A stretch of 64,000 bases of DNA from Octopus sinensis (GCF_006345805.1 NC_043000.1:124930001-124994000); one strand, 5' to 3'. Counted from the first letter of the stretch, positions 25,802 to 38,480 are shown. Translations and numbers: made by a program. The notes: generated from the sequence alone by a model not told the origin.

Positions 25802-26600
25802 AGGTGCAGGAGTGGCTGTGTGGTTAGGAAGCTTGTTTCCCAACCACATGGTTCTGGATTCAGTCTCACTTGGGCAAGTGTCTTCTAATATAGCCTTGGG
25901 CTGATCAAAGCCTTGTGAGTGGCTTTGGTAGACAGAAGCTGGAAGAAACCTGTCGTATATATATATTTAAAAAAGGAGATGTGGAACACGAGTTGTGATA
26001 TATAAAAAAAAGGAAATGAAGAAAATGCTGACAAAATCATTCAAGTAAGGGAGAGTGTATTTAATTAGGTGAAAGTTCTTTTTACTGGTTGCGCATTTGT
26101 TATGCTTATCAAAAGATATTTTGAGTGAGATAGAATTCCTTTCTGATTGATTTTTTTCTCTTATCTCAGATAAGAGAAAAAAATCAATCAGAAAGGAAAT
26201 CTATCTCACTCAAAATATCTTTTGATAAGCATAACAAATGCGCAACCAGTAAAAAGAACTTTCACCTAATTAAATACACTCTCCCTTACTTAAATTATTT
26301 TGTCAGCATTTTCTTCATTTCCTTTTTATATATATATATATATATGTGTGTGTGTATATGTATATATTTGTGTGTCTGTGTTTATATATATGTTTATATA
26401 TATGTGTTTATATATATATATGTATATATATATGTTTGTGTGTGTTCTCCCACCAACGCTTGACAACCGATGTTGGTGTGTTTACGTCCCTGTAACTTAG
26501 TGGTTTGGCAAAATAGACTTACAAAGAATAAGTCCTGGGGTTGATTTGTTTAACTAAAGGTAGTGCTCCAGCATGGCTACAGTCAAATGACTAAAACAAA
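25802..26600 (+). mobile_element. CORE-type SINE split by a palindromic insertion
   Basis: Head 25802-25960, tail about 26345-26600. Confidence 0.8.
25998..26335. repeat. Near-perfect 340-bp palindrome with 1-nt spacer at 26167
   Basis: ...tttctcttatct-C-agataagagaaa...; arms of about 165 bp with few mismatches. Confidence 0.95.
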
Positions 26601-26604
26601 AAAA

Positions 26605-27055
26605 GAAATGTGTGTATGTATGTATGTATGCATGTATGTATGTATGTATGTGTGTATGTGTATGCATGTATGTGTGTCTATGCATATACATATGTATGTA
26701 TATGTCCACGTTTGTATGTATGTATACATGTATGTGTGTGTATGCATATATATATATATATGTATGTATGTATTTATGTATGAATGTATGTATGCATGTA
26801 GGTAGATATACAGGTAGATATACAGGTAGACAGGTACATAGGTAATATTGACAGATGGGCACAAACACACACATACACACATACATACACACAAATGATG
26901 ACTGAAACACATGACTATATACACACATGCACACTTCAAACAGGACATATATGGAGACACAATCCATACATAACAGATGCAGTACAGTCATGCAAACCCA
27001 TACACAGACACACTCAAGCATGCACACACAAGAAGACAGAGGTATACACACAAAT

Positions 27056-27100
<45 letters not shown>

Positions 27101-27361
27101 AACACACAAACACACATGCAAACACAAAGTACATGGGTATGCGGAATACATACATACAAACATGCATGCATACATACATACAAACATGTCCACATGGATA
27201 CATATATATATGTACACACACATACACATATAAACACACATACATGCAGAGTACATATATGCATACAAACGTGCAAACATGCATACATGTGTATATGCAT
27301 AGACACGCACATACATGCACATATATACATACATACATACATACATACATACATACATACA

Positions 27362-27395
<34 letters not shown>

Positions 27396-27440
27396 CATGT
27401 GTACGTGCATGCATACTGACGCACACACATGTGTACAAAA
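26605..27440. repeat. (TATG)n/(CA)n/(CATA)n microsatellite region
   Basis: Direct inspection. Confidence 0.95.
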
Positions 27441-27789
27441 GAATAAAAAGGATGCCATTCTGATAACGGTCAGAATCAAAGACTATTGATAAGGTTGCAA
27501 GTGGCAAGAAAAATTTTAGTAAAAATAAATAAGTAAATGAGTGGAAATCGGTGAGTGTGTTAAATAAGTAAGGTTCTAAAAGAGAATGATTCTCCCCAGA
27601 TACAATAATGTATATATCATCATCATCATCATCATCTTCGTTTGACGTCCGCTTTCCATGCTAGCATGAGTTGGACGATTTGACTGAGGACTGGCGAACT
27701 AGATGGCTGCACCAGGCTCCAATCTGATCTGGCAGAGTTTCTACAGCTGGATGCCCTTCCTAATGCTAATATATATATATATATATATT

Positions 27790-28445
27790 TCAACAATTGA
27801 GGGTAAAATATATATATATAAAACAATAACTCTCTACTTGAATAGGCTAAAGAATGACTAATATGAAACATTTTTAAATGTCTTTTCCAGATGGTGTTAC
27901 TAAGTTAGACATGGTCTGGGCCAATGCGGGCAAAATCTTACCTAAGTACCTAAGTAATTATATTAATAAAGTAATTATATTAATCATTAATGATTTTTAC
28001 CAGCTGTTCAGCGTGGAAATAACAACCTCATAGGTAAATTTTACAAATATTTTATAATTATATACATAATTATAACAGGGGCTTGGCTTGTACCTTACCA
28101 TGCAACGAAAAAATAGACATCAAAAGACACTATTAACACCATAAATTCTCCAAGAATAACATTCTCAGTAATAGTGTCTTTTGACATCTATTTATTTCAG
28201 TGCATGGTGAGGCGCAAGCCAAGCCCTTGTTATAATTATGTATATAATAAATTATGTATATAATAAATTATGTATATATAAAATATTTGCAGGTATCTAA
28301 GTGTATATATAATAAAAATTTTTGAAAAGTACAACAATGTACTATAATACAGACATTGGGCTACATACCTGTTGTAATTTAGTCACCCATAGTCTGATGT
28401 GATATTTCAGAATAATATTTCTTCTTCAGATATTCTTAGAGTTAT

Positions 28446-28450
<5 letters not shown>
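27790..28450. mobile_element. PLE-like relic in (TA)n with internal inverted repeat
   Basis: Arms about 28055-28135 / 28168-28250 (gggcttggcttg...aaaagacactatta / taatagtgtctttt...caagccaagccc). Confidence 0.55.
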
Positions 28451-28493
<43 letters not shown>

Positions 28494-29727
28494 GTTACTC
28501 CATCTAAATTTCTTTAAAATCACCTGAGTAGAAGTGGCAGAAAACCAGCTCCTCAGTTTGAGCTGACTTTGTCTTTCATTTTTTTGCAAGGTCAACAGAC
28601 TAAATAATGCCAATCAAATGGTTTACTAACAAAGTTACCAATCAACATCATACTTCTTTGTACTGCTGGAGGACAAAGAGAGTCGTTTCAAAGAAACTGT
28701 TTCTCCATACAGCAGTCTTAATGTGGGGGCGGAGTGGGGAGGGGTGGGGCAAGAAAAATACAAAAACAAAAAGTAAATACAAAAGACTGTTGTCAGGAAT
28801 GGTAAGGCAAAATTCAGTCAAAGAACCCAGAAATTCACTCCAATAAACAAAAATTTAAAGGTTTATTATTTTTTTTGACTACAAACTTACAAATGTATTT
28901 CTTGCTGTCATAAAAAACATCAGAAGAAATAAACAGAACCAGGGACTGGTTGGCTGAGTTTACATCAGTTTAAATGCGATGATCGATATTTTATTAAGAA
29001 ATGCAATAAATGTCAAAGGTTGCATCACTTCAAGGAAAATTACTTTGGAAAAAATGAAAGAAAGCTTCTGTAACTCTTGCTATTCTACTGAATATAAATA
29101 AAACAAAAAATGTGAATGTTACATGAACAAGTAATAAACTGTGTATGAAATAACCTATTACGTAGTAATGACATTGGAAGGATATTGCTAGACTGTCTGA
29201 TGTAATGATGTACAAAGAAGAATGGATAAAGATTTAACATCTAACCAGGATGTTATAGGTTCTCTGATCTGAAATGCTTGGTCAATCCCTCAAAATAAAA
29301 TTACAGACATTCTATGGATGTAAGACATGACAGTGCTATCAAGATGTTTGCTTTGCAATGATGTGGTTCTTGGTTCTATTACAGGAAGCAGCACTTTAAA
29401 GTGTGTCTTCTTTGATAGCTTCCGTCGGACTGATATCTTGCAAGTGAATTTCGGTAGACAGAGATTGTATGAGAGTCAGCTTTCTCTCTGTCTCTCTCTT
29501 TCTCTCATATGTGTGTACATATATATATATATATATATACATATGCATATGAGTATGTGTGTGTGTGTGTATTTGTGTGTTTGTGATGATGATGAGGATG
29601 ACAATAGCATTAATACATTCATAACTCACACACACACATACATATATATCCACATAATATATATTTATATATATATACCACCATAAACAGAGACCACTTT
29701 CTGAAGCAAATTCAAAACAACTGTATT

Positions 29728-30130
29728 GGCGCAGGAGTGGCTGTGTGGTAAGTAGCTTGCTACCCAACCACATGGTTCGGGTTCAATCCCACAGTGTGGC
29801 ACCTTGGGCAAGTGTCTTTCTACTATAACCTTGGGCTGACCAAAGCCTTGTGAGAGGATTTGGTAGATGGAAACTGAAAGAAGCCCGTCGTATATATGTA
29901 TATATATATGTATGTATATGTTTGTGTGTCTGTGTTTGTTCCCCTAACATCACTTGACAACTGATGCTGGTGTGTTTACGACCCTGTAACTTAGTGGTTT
30001 GGCAAAAGAGACTGATGGAATAAGTACTAGCCTTACAAAGAATAAGTCCTGGGGTCGATTTGCTCAACTAAAGGTGGTGCTCCAGCATGGCCACAGTCAA
30101 ATGACTGAAACAAGTAAAAGAGTAAAAGAG
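29728..30130 (+). mobile_element. Full-length CORE-type tRNA-derived SINE (reference copy)
   Basis: ggcgcaggagtggctgtgtggt (A box), ggttcaatccc (B box), MIR/CORE-like caccttgggcaagtg, internal (TA/TG)n, tail gtaaaagagtaaaagag. Confidence 0.9.
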
Positions 30131-30346
30131 ACACACAAAACTTAACCTAATTAGACCATTATTATTTTTTTTTACATCCATTGCCCCTTTGTGGCCACAC
30201 CATTATTGCCTCATTTTTCTTCAATGCCCACCCCAAAGGATCTTTCTATTACCCACAAGAGGGTAGGACTGCCCACTTTGGGAACTACTGATCTAACCCA
30301 TGCCAGCATGGAAAACAGATGTTGAATGCTGCTGTCAAATGTGATA

Positions 30347-30378
<32 letters not shown>

Positions 30379-30599
30379 AATGATGATGATATATTGAGAG
30401 AGAAAGACGAAGAGTAAGGTTCACACCTGTTTGTGATTGCATTGTTGTTGGCATTAGTGTTTGTATAATTTCTTCCATGAATCTTTCAAATGAAAATAGC
30501 AAGATCTTCGGTGCAGCTATAACTAACATTGACTATATTTATTCCTCCATAGAAAGTGTCTTGGTAAAGCACTGGAGTATTGAGTCAAAGTCAGTCACT

Positions 30600-30703
30600 T
30601 CACATATATATGTGTGTGAATGAGTAAATATCTATCTATATATATGTATATGTATGTATATGTATGTATATATATGTATATGTATATATATATGTATATA
30701 TAT

Positions 30704-30737
<34 letters not shown>

Positions 30738-31028
30738 ACATACATACATACATACATACATACATACATACATACATACATACATACATACATACATCCA
30801 AACATACACACATACATACATACATGCATACATATATATACATACACACATACACATGCAGATATATATTTATGTATATGTATGTATATACATGAATGTA
30901 TGTATGGGTATGTATATATATATGTGTGTATATATATATATATGTGTGTGTATATAGATATATATATATACATGCACATACATATTTATGTATATGTATG
31001 TATATATGAATATATGTATGTGTATGCA

Positions 31029-31062
<34 letters not shown>

Positions 31063-31280
31063 CACATATATATATAAACACATGCATATATGCATATATA
31101 TATATACATACATATATACATACACATACACACATATATATGTATATATACATATATATATATATACATTCATACACACACATGCACATATGTACACACA
31201 CACACACATATATATATAGGTATTATGTATATGCATGTTAATATATGTGTGTGTACATACACACGCATACACACACCAAC
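30600..31280. repeat. Compound TA/TG/CATA microsatellite
   Basis: Direct inspection. Confidence 0.95.
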
Positions 31281-31532
31281 CACACTACAATAAAAACAAC
31301 AGTAAACACAAGAGCCTAATGCATAATCACATATTTAAAATTCTGTTTCGGTCCTTTTATCAAGTTAGCTTATCTATAATTTATTGTTATATTTTTTGGT
31401 TAGTTGCTTTCTTCACATAGCAATTTTTTCTGTTTGTTTTCTAGATTTAACCAACCATAAAGATCATGGTTTGTTCCAAAGATAACACCATTTGCTTATA
31501 TATTCTTTTATTTTTTTATTTTCATTTTAAAG

Positions 31533-31637
31533 TTCTCTGTAAATGGGATTCAAAATCATATTCAGAATATATTCTTAAACTTATGTTTATTGGCATCAGT
31601 GAAACTCTCTTTGTTACAGTCAGTTCACAGAATATGT
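31533..31637 (+). CDS. Candidate internal exon (possible channel S6-like segment)
   Basis: Pyrimidine tract + AG, GTAAGG donor; one frame gives LCKWDSKSYSEYILKLMFIGISETLFVTVSSQNM; a second frame is also open. Confidence 0.25.
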
Positions 31638-32265
31638 GTAAGGGTTAGTTACTTTGCTGGAAAAAATCAATTTACACTAATCTTAACATTTATCACTTTG
31701 ATATATATTAAAAAAAAATTTTTTTTTAGAACATAATTACATAGATAAAATATAAAACTAAATAAATGCCGATTTAAACAATGAAAAAATAATACCAAAA
31801 TAAAACACAAAAAAAATCCAAAAATATTACCACCAAGAAAAATAAAGAAAAAATGAGGGTTTATGTCTACATTTAGAAATGGGGTAGACAACCTATTAGC
31901 ATTCTTTGATCAAAAATAAGGACAGGAATATGTTTCAAAGATAAAATAAAAAAATACTATCAATTTTTATAGTAAATGTTGATGGTTCATATGCTGAATT
32001 TTATCCCTCCACTATAGGTTTAAGGGTCTAAGTATAACTCCTAAAAAGATAAGTAAAAACAATAAATAATTGTATCTTAGATCTCGTATATAATATGTGT
32101 GTATGTGCATTACATATCTTTTTTCTCTCTTTTTATCTTTATGAATATTTTCATTGCATGTATGTTATGCTTAGCTTCTGCTTATTGTGTTTATATAGTA
32201 TATGTATGTATATCTATGTTTCTATAAGGAGATACACAAATACATATGCATAAATCTTCATGCAA

Positions 32266-32312
<47 letters not shown>

Positions 32313-32322
<10 letters not shown>

Positions 32323-32639
32323 CATATCTGTGAGCATGTATATATACATATAAATATACAAGCATATGTCTATAGTATATCTATCTATCATATATGTGTA
32401 TATATGAATTGGTACTTGTTTTTATATGTAGTTATATACAATAACAGCTAAGCATTAACTGATGAATCACTCAATATCTTTCATTAGAGAAACATATTTA
32501 TTTATTTTTATGAGGAAAAGGCTCATAGCTACTTCAAAGTTTTGGCATAACCTTAATCAGATGGTTGTCTGATGAAAGCAACGTAGATGCAACCTTAAAG
32601 TAACTCTCTAACTATCAATTCAATGTTTGCCTTACATAT

Positions 32640-32697
<58 letters not shown>

Positions 32698-33009
32698 CAT
32701 ATCTGTGAGCATGTATATATACATATAAATATACAAGCATATGTCTATAGTATATCTATCTATCATATATGTGTATATATGAATTGGTACTTGTTTTTAT
32801 ATGTAGTTATATACAATAACAGCTAAGCATTAAACTGATGAATCACTCAATATCTTTCATTAGAGAAACATATTTATTTATTTTTATGAGGAAAAGGCTC
32901 ATAGCTACTTCAAAGTTTTGGCATAACCTTAATCAGATGGTTGTCTGATGAAAGCAACGTAGATGCAACCTTAAAGTAACTCTCTAACTATCAATTCAAT
33001 GTTTGCCTT

Positions 33010-33012
<3 letters not shown>
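32313..33012 (+). repeat. Near-identical direct duplication of about 320 bp between (TA)n tracts
   Basis: 32313-32635 and 32691-33012 differ by about one indel. Confidence 0.95.
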
Positions 33013-33044
<32 letters not shown>

Positions 33045-33046
<2 letters not shown>

Positions 33047-33490
33047 TAATATCAAAGGGTAATCAGAAATATTAGAAATTTCCATTACCAGTGGCCTAGT
33101 GTGTAAAAATTTAGTCAATAGACTATATATTATTCATATAAATACAGTGTACATTTAAACACATAAGAGGCATCCATCATAGGACTCCTTGCACACTAGA
33201 GAGAACAGTTAAATTGCAAACCACTATTAGGGATAAAATTTCGAAGGGAATGAAAGATAAAAATATTTATCATCTAACTCCTGGACCAATGGTTTCAGAC
33301 TTTTTTTTAGCAAAAAAATAATTTGCTAGGCGAAGTCTTCTTCAGCAGGTACACCTTAGATTAAATATATATATTTTTCATTCCCTTCGAAATTTTACCC
33401 CTAATAGTTGTTTGGAATTTAACTGTTCTCTAGCGTGCAAGGAGTCCTATGATGAATGCCTCTTATGTATTTAAATGTACACTATATTTA

Positions 33491-33495
<5 letters not shown>
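33045..33495. mobile_element. PLE-like foldback in (TA)n with a hammerhead in the spacer
   Basis: About 33135-33260 is the reverse complement of about 33375-33490. Confidence 0.8.
33280..33349 (-). ncRNA. Type-I hammerhead ribozyme motif (canonical core)
   Basis: Minus strand CCUG-CUGAAGA-AGACUU-(hairpin)-AAGUCU-GAAA-CCA-U-UGG-UC^CAGG: stems I, II and III all pair; GUC site. Confidence 0.75.
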
Positions 33496-33536
<41 letters not shown>

Positions 33537-33537
<1 letters not shown>

Positions 33538-33990
33538 CATCATCATCATTGTTTAATGTCCATTTTCCATGCTAGCATGGGTTGGATGGTTTGACAGGAG
33601 CTGGCCAGCTGGGGAGTTGTTCAGATTCCAAATTGTCTTATGTGCTGTGGTTTCTACAGCTGGAGGCCCTTCCTAATGCCAACCACTTTATAGTGCACTG
33701 GGCATTTTTTATGTGCCACCGGCAGAGGTATGTTTATACAAAACTGGCACGAGTTCATTTTCTGTGGCACTGGCACCTGTAAAGGACAAGCCTGTATGTA
33801 TGGATGACAATGATGTTACTTGGTTTAATGCATCCTCCTGAGTACAGCAAATCAGTACAACTCCCAGTCTCTTATTGTTTTCTCAGTGAGGCCCAGCATC
33901 TGAAGATCCTTTCTCACCATCGTCCAGGGTCAACCCCTTCCACTGTTTCCCTCCACAATTAGTACTTGGCACTACTTTATGCAGCTGCCC
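33537..33990 (-). mobile_element. RTE LINE 3' end (diverged)
   Basis: (CAT)n tail, 3'UTR, and last ORF2 codons homologous to about 51000-51090. Confidence 0.75.
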
Positions 33991-34499
33991 AGGTACAGCC
34001 ATGGCTGTGTGGTTGAATTATTCACTTCCCAACCATGAGATATTAGGTTCAGTTCCCCTTCATGGTACCTTGGGCAAGTGTTTTCTAACATAGCCTTGGG
34101 TTAAGCAAAGCCTTGGAAGTGGATTTGGATGAGGGAAGTAACAGAAGCCTGTCATATCTATAGGTAGTGGTGGTGAGTTGTGAGGTGTAAGTTTCTCCTT
34201 GTGTTGGCATCACCAGATAGTTGTAAACGAGTGTTGTTGCTATACAAGCAGTGTTTTTTGTTTCTGATTTCCCATGAAAACATCTCTGACTATAAGGAAA
34301 ATATATTATTTGGAAATGAGCGAGGATTGTCAAAATAAAGATGTTATGAAATTCTCACGATGTCTCTTTTGAGAACAAAGATTAATGTCTACAAAGCTGT
34401 TTCTGCTACAGTTCTCCTCCACATCGCCGAATCATGCATTCCAAACTAGATTCTACTCATATGCAGTGTCTCAGGCTGGTTTGCAAAGTGAAACAGGGT

Positions 34500-35950
34500 G
34501 AAGAGGCGAAAAACAACACATGATTTGGCAGTTAAAATAATGTTGTTACAAGTTCAAATGTTAATAAATTGATCTCACATCCGTTGAAGCATTGATTTAG
34601 CTTCTTGCCATAAAGTGTTGCTGATTGTAAACTTCCCCTGTAGTTCAAAGTTAAACAAATGCACTTCTTAAACAGATTAAGTATGAGAGAAAATAATATA
34701 GCAAACAGAACAGAAGCAAAGTCCCTTTGCTTGGATTCATAGTTCATGTCAAAATAGTTAAACTATTCTGCATTTGGTTGCAATAATTCTTTTGTTCCTT
34801 CATGGATGGAGATGACATTTAGACATTTAAACATTTCAAGGAATGCTCAAGTTAACCTGAACATTCTAAAAGCTTGATGAGGTCAAGAAAGATCACATAG
34901 AACTCTTTGGTTTATTCGCTAACCTTTTACAGCAAATGATCATGGCTGAGAAATCATGTCTATTGTTATTTGGCCAGGCCTAAATCCACACTCACCTTTG
35001 GGATATACAGTCAATAAAACTGGAATTTAAATAATCTAAGATGATGTGGAATAATTTTCGCTGCAATAGAAAACAGAAAGATACCTCTGTGATTTTCATA
35101 TCGACACCTCCTGCCTTTGTGTTTGTACAAAAGAACAAAGCCTCTGTAAACTACTGCAGTACAGAACATTACTGCCTCAATAAAGTTAAAAATTCTGTTA
35201 GCTTACTAATGAGCATGCTGCAAGCAGAATACCATTATAACCAGGAGACTGGCTATTTACAAGTTACTTTATGATTGATTTTATCTCTGCCAAAATTGGA
35301 ATGGATACAAGAGAATCTGTTACTGGCCTCTGGTGTAATTTGTTAATTACTGACTTAACAATCTTCAATTCTCTATTTAAAACATTGTTAAAATGTTCTG
35401 CCTCTAGTTTTAAAATATTACTACTGTTACTGAAGCGATTATCTCCAGGAAAACTTTCATTGGCTGAAAGCCCAGATACACCTTTTAAGCATTTAAGGTG
35501 TTTTAGAATGATTTAACATCTTGTCTATTAGTTGTCCCTTGAAGACCAATTTTATTTTATTCACTTAAGTTTTACCTGTATGTTAGTTATAGCAGACTAG
35601 GCAAAAGAATTTATATTTCCTATCCAGAAGTAATACAAGCTTTGCCTATTCTCAAAAGCTGGTTGTACCTCAAAGCTATTTTCTTCAAACCAATCCTTAT
35701 TTTATGAAGGACAAAGTCTAAAATTTCTTTTGAAGGTTTATATATTACTTGGAGACATAATTCAACATTATATTGAAAAATCATCAATGTAGGTGCAGGA
35801 GTAGCTGTGTGGTAAGTAGCTGGCTTACCAACCACATGGTTCCAGGTTCACTGTGTAGCACCTTGGGCAAGTGTCTTCTACTATAGCCTCGGGCCAACCA
35901 AAGCCTTGCGAGTGGATTTGGTAGATGGAAACTGAAAGAAGCCCGTCGTA

Positions 35951-35981
<31 letters not shown>

Positions 35982-36800
35982 GTACGTGTGTGTGTGTATG
36001 TTGGTGTGTCTATGTTTGTTCCCCCCAAATCGCTTGACAACTGATGCTGGTGTGTTTACGTCCCTGTAACTTAGCAGTTCGGCAAAATTCACCGATAGAA
36101 TAAGTACTAGGCTTACAAAGAATAAGTCCTGGGGTCGATTTGCTTGACTAAAGGTGGTGCTCCAGCATGGCCGCAGCCAAATAACTGAAACAAGTAAAAG
36201 AGTAAATTTTTATTCACAACCCATGGTATTGCTTTCTGATTGCGTCTTACTAGTGCTACCATCTTCATACCAATACTGAGTAATCGAACCAACTTTTCTT
36301 TGCCTTGTAAGATTGAATGAGTTTCACATCAGAATGACAACAGTGATGAGAAATCACATAATGAATGAAGAAGATGTAAATAACGTGACCTTAGATGTCT
36401 ACAACTGATTTTGTATCTGTTCTTGGAATAATCAAACTCTCTAAATAAGGAAAGGAGCAAGAAACCTTTTGAGTTAATGTTGCCACTGCCATAACTACCA
36501 AGAATGCTTCTAAGCCAAATTATCATGACGTTTAGATGCATTCAAATTTCTCATTAGATTAATCTCACTAAAATCGTGAAGCCTTTTGACATCTAAATAA
36601 GATTTCCCTTTGAGAGACATTATTCATGTAAACCTTAAGCTCTTACCTTTGCAACTTATTGGAACATAAAGTGTCATCAATTGATCTTTTCTACTTACTA
36701 GGAGAAATGTTCAGGATATGGCAAAAATCTTTGCAAAGAGTAAAATCAACTCCAAACCCAAGTTTCATTTTAAACAGACATGCCAATTTACTTAGTCTGT
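34500..36800 (-). pseudogene. Ancient RTE-clade LINE relic (APE endonuclease + RT), interrupted by a SINE
   Basis: ILGSYGSGNINSKGFLLLSL (APE region), AEHFNNVLNR...SPGYNGI (linker), VYPKGECGFR, KQRDFASVLFAILFS (QG motif region); many stops. Confidence 0.75.
35790..36206 (+). mobile_element. Full-length CORE-type SINE
   Basis: Matches 29728-30130. Confidence 0.9.
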
Positions 36801-36899
36801 AGGAAGATTAAATATTTCAGGAATTAAAAAAACAATGGAATAATTAAATCTTCTTTGAAAGACTTCTAGAAAACTAAATTCTTAATTTAAAAACAAAAA

Positions 36900-38480
36900 C
36901 AAAAAAAATTCAATAACAAGTGTACTTTATTGAGAGATGTTGCTTACAAATTACCCTTGAGACCACTGTGTAAAAACAAATTCCATCAACCTACATGGCA
37001 AGCAAATGTATGTATGTCCTTTTAACTGTTTTTATACAAAAAAAAATTACAGTCAAAATTGAAGAGAAAATAGCTTAAAGAAAATGTAGTCTAGGTCCAG
37101 TTTGGACTTCAGAAACTGCAGGATGAGTGAGTAGATTAACATAAGAGCTAAAGAAATCCGAGGATATGGAAACAGAAAGGTCACTTAATTTTTGTGATGC
37201 TTTGATAGAATTATATAGTTTTTACACTTTGGAATTACCATTTTTTGTTAAACTGCTGTGAAATGTCTTAAATTCTGAATCACTGGACAGAACATGTTTA
37301 AATTGCTCGCAAAAGACCGTCCTCCATAAAAACGGAAGTTGGTTCTTAGATTACTTCAAGCAGATACCAACAGAGAGCTGAATGATCCACCCTACTCACC
37401 AGAAGTCATCAATGTAATTAAGCAATTTTCAAACTAAGAAAAAACATCCCAAGTGCAGATGCCAAATATAATTGCCAATACAAGCAACTTCATCCCAACT
37501 AATAATCTAATGGAATTGTTTAAATTGAAATGAGAAAAGTTAGAGGTTCTTCAAGTTCCTTGGAGTGACTCCATCATTCAGTTTCACAAATGTAATAGTT
37601 ATAGGTATATTGGTGACCATCAAAGTGGTATTTCACTTTTATCAGTAGGTAGATTTCAGTTTATGGTGCTTAACTACTTAATCAACATCATCAAACAGAT
37701 CTGGACGAAAGTTAATTTATGTTCCTTAGTGAACATGAGACAGTAGATATGATATAATTCTATATTTAAGAGATGAGGAATTATGTACATTATTTACCTT
37801 ATTTACATTTGACAGATATTTGTCCTCATCTTGTTTGTTAACTCAACGTTTCAGCTGATATACCCTCCAGCCTTCATCAGATGTCTTGGGGAAATTTCGA
37901 ACCTGGGTTCTCATTCCTAAGGTATTTTTCGGTGTTGTTGTTATTATTATTATTATTATTATTATTGTTATCATTATTATTCAAAGCATAGTGGTTAAGA
38001 GTGCGGGCTACTAACCCCTAGATTCCAATTTCAATTCCAGGCAGTGACCTGAATAGTAATAATAACAACATTGAAAAATACCTTAGGAATGAGAACCCAC
38101 GTTTGAAATTTCCCCAAGACACCTGATAAAGGATGGAGGGTATATCAGCCAAAATGTTGTATTAACATCAAACAAGATGAGGACAAATATCTGTCGAATG
38201 TAAATAATGTAAATAAAGTAGATATGATATTCTATGGTTACTAAACAATGAGAAAATGCCTTGAGTAAAATTATGATTTGTACATCACATTTATCTTCTT
38301 GACAAGAGCATTTGATCTAATTAACAAAGAATAATAAATATAATTAAATGTGTTTGACACGATAAATTCATTAAGCTCATTAAGAGTTTTAGTGCTGGCA
38401 TGATGGTCTGTGTTACAGAGAATGGCATGACTAATCAGCTGCTTTTAAGGTACCCCATGGTGCTGTGCATTATCCTCCAA
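36900..38480 (+). pseudogene. Ancient RTE-clade LINE relic, opposite strand
   Basis: KLQDE, ELNDPPYSPEVINVIKQFSN and LIKSFSAGMMVCVTENG fragments match RTE ORF2. Confidence 0.55.
37758..38218. mobile_element. Foldback hammerhead element with tRNA-like head in the spacer
   Basis: Inverted arms 37785-37945 / 38060-38215; tRNA-like segment 37986-38045; same family as 2022-2585. Confidence 0.8.

Noticed and set aside
26554-27507. 317-aa ORF and the many other YI/CV/HT-rich ORFs in the track
   Set aside because: Translations of dinucleotide and tetranucleotide microsatellites, open in several frames on both strands
32459-32500. CTGATGA...GAAAC hammerhead on the plus strand
   Set aside because: Stems I and II do not pair convincingly
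34985-35010. Minus-strand AAG|gtgagt donor
   Set aside because: Part of the RTE motif VYPKGECGFR
37097-37135. Exon candidate VQFGLQKLQDE with gtgagt donor
   Set aside because: Lies within an RTE LINE relic and matches its ORF2
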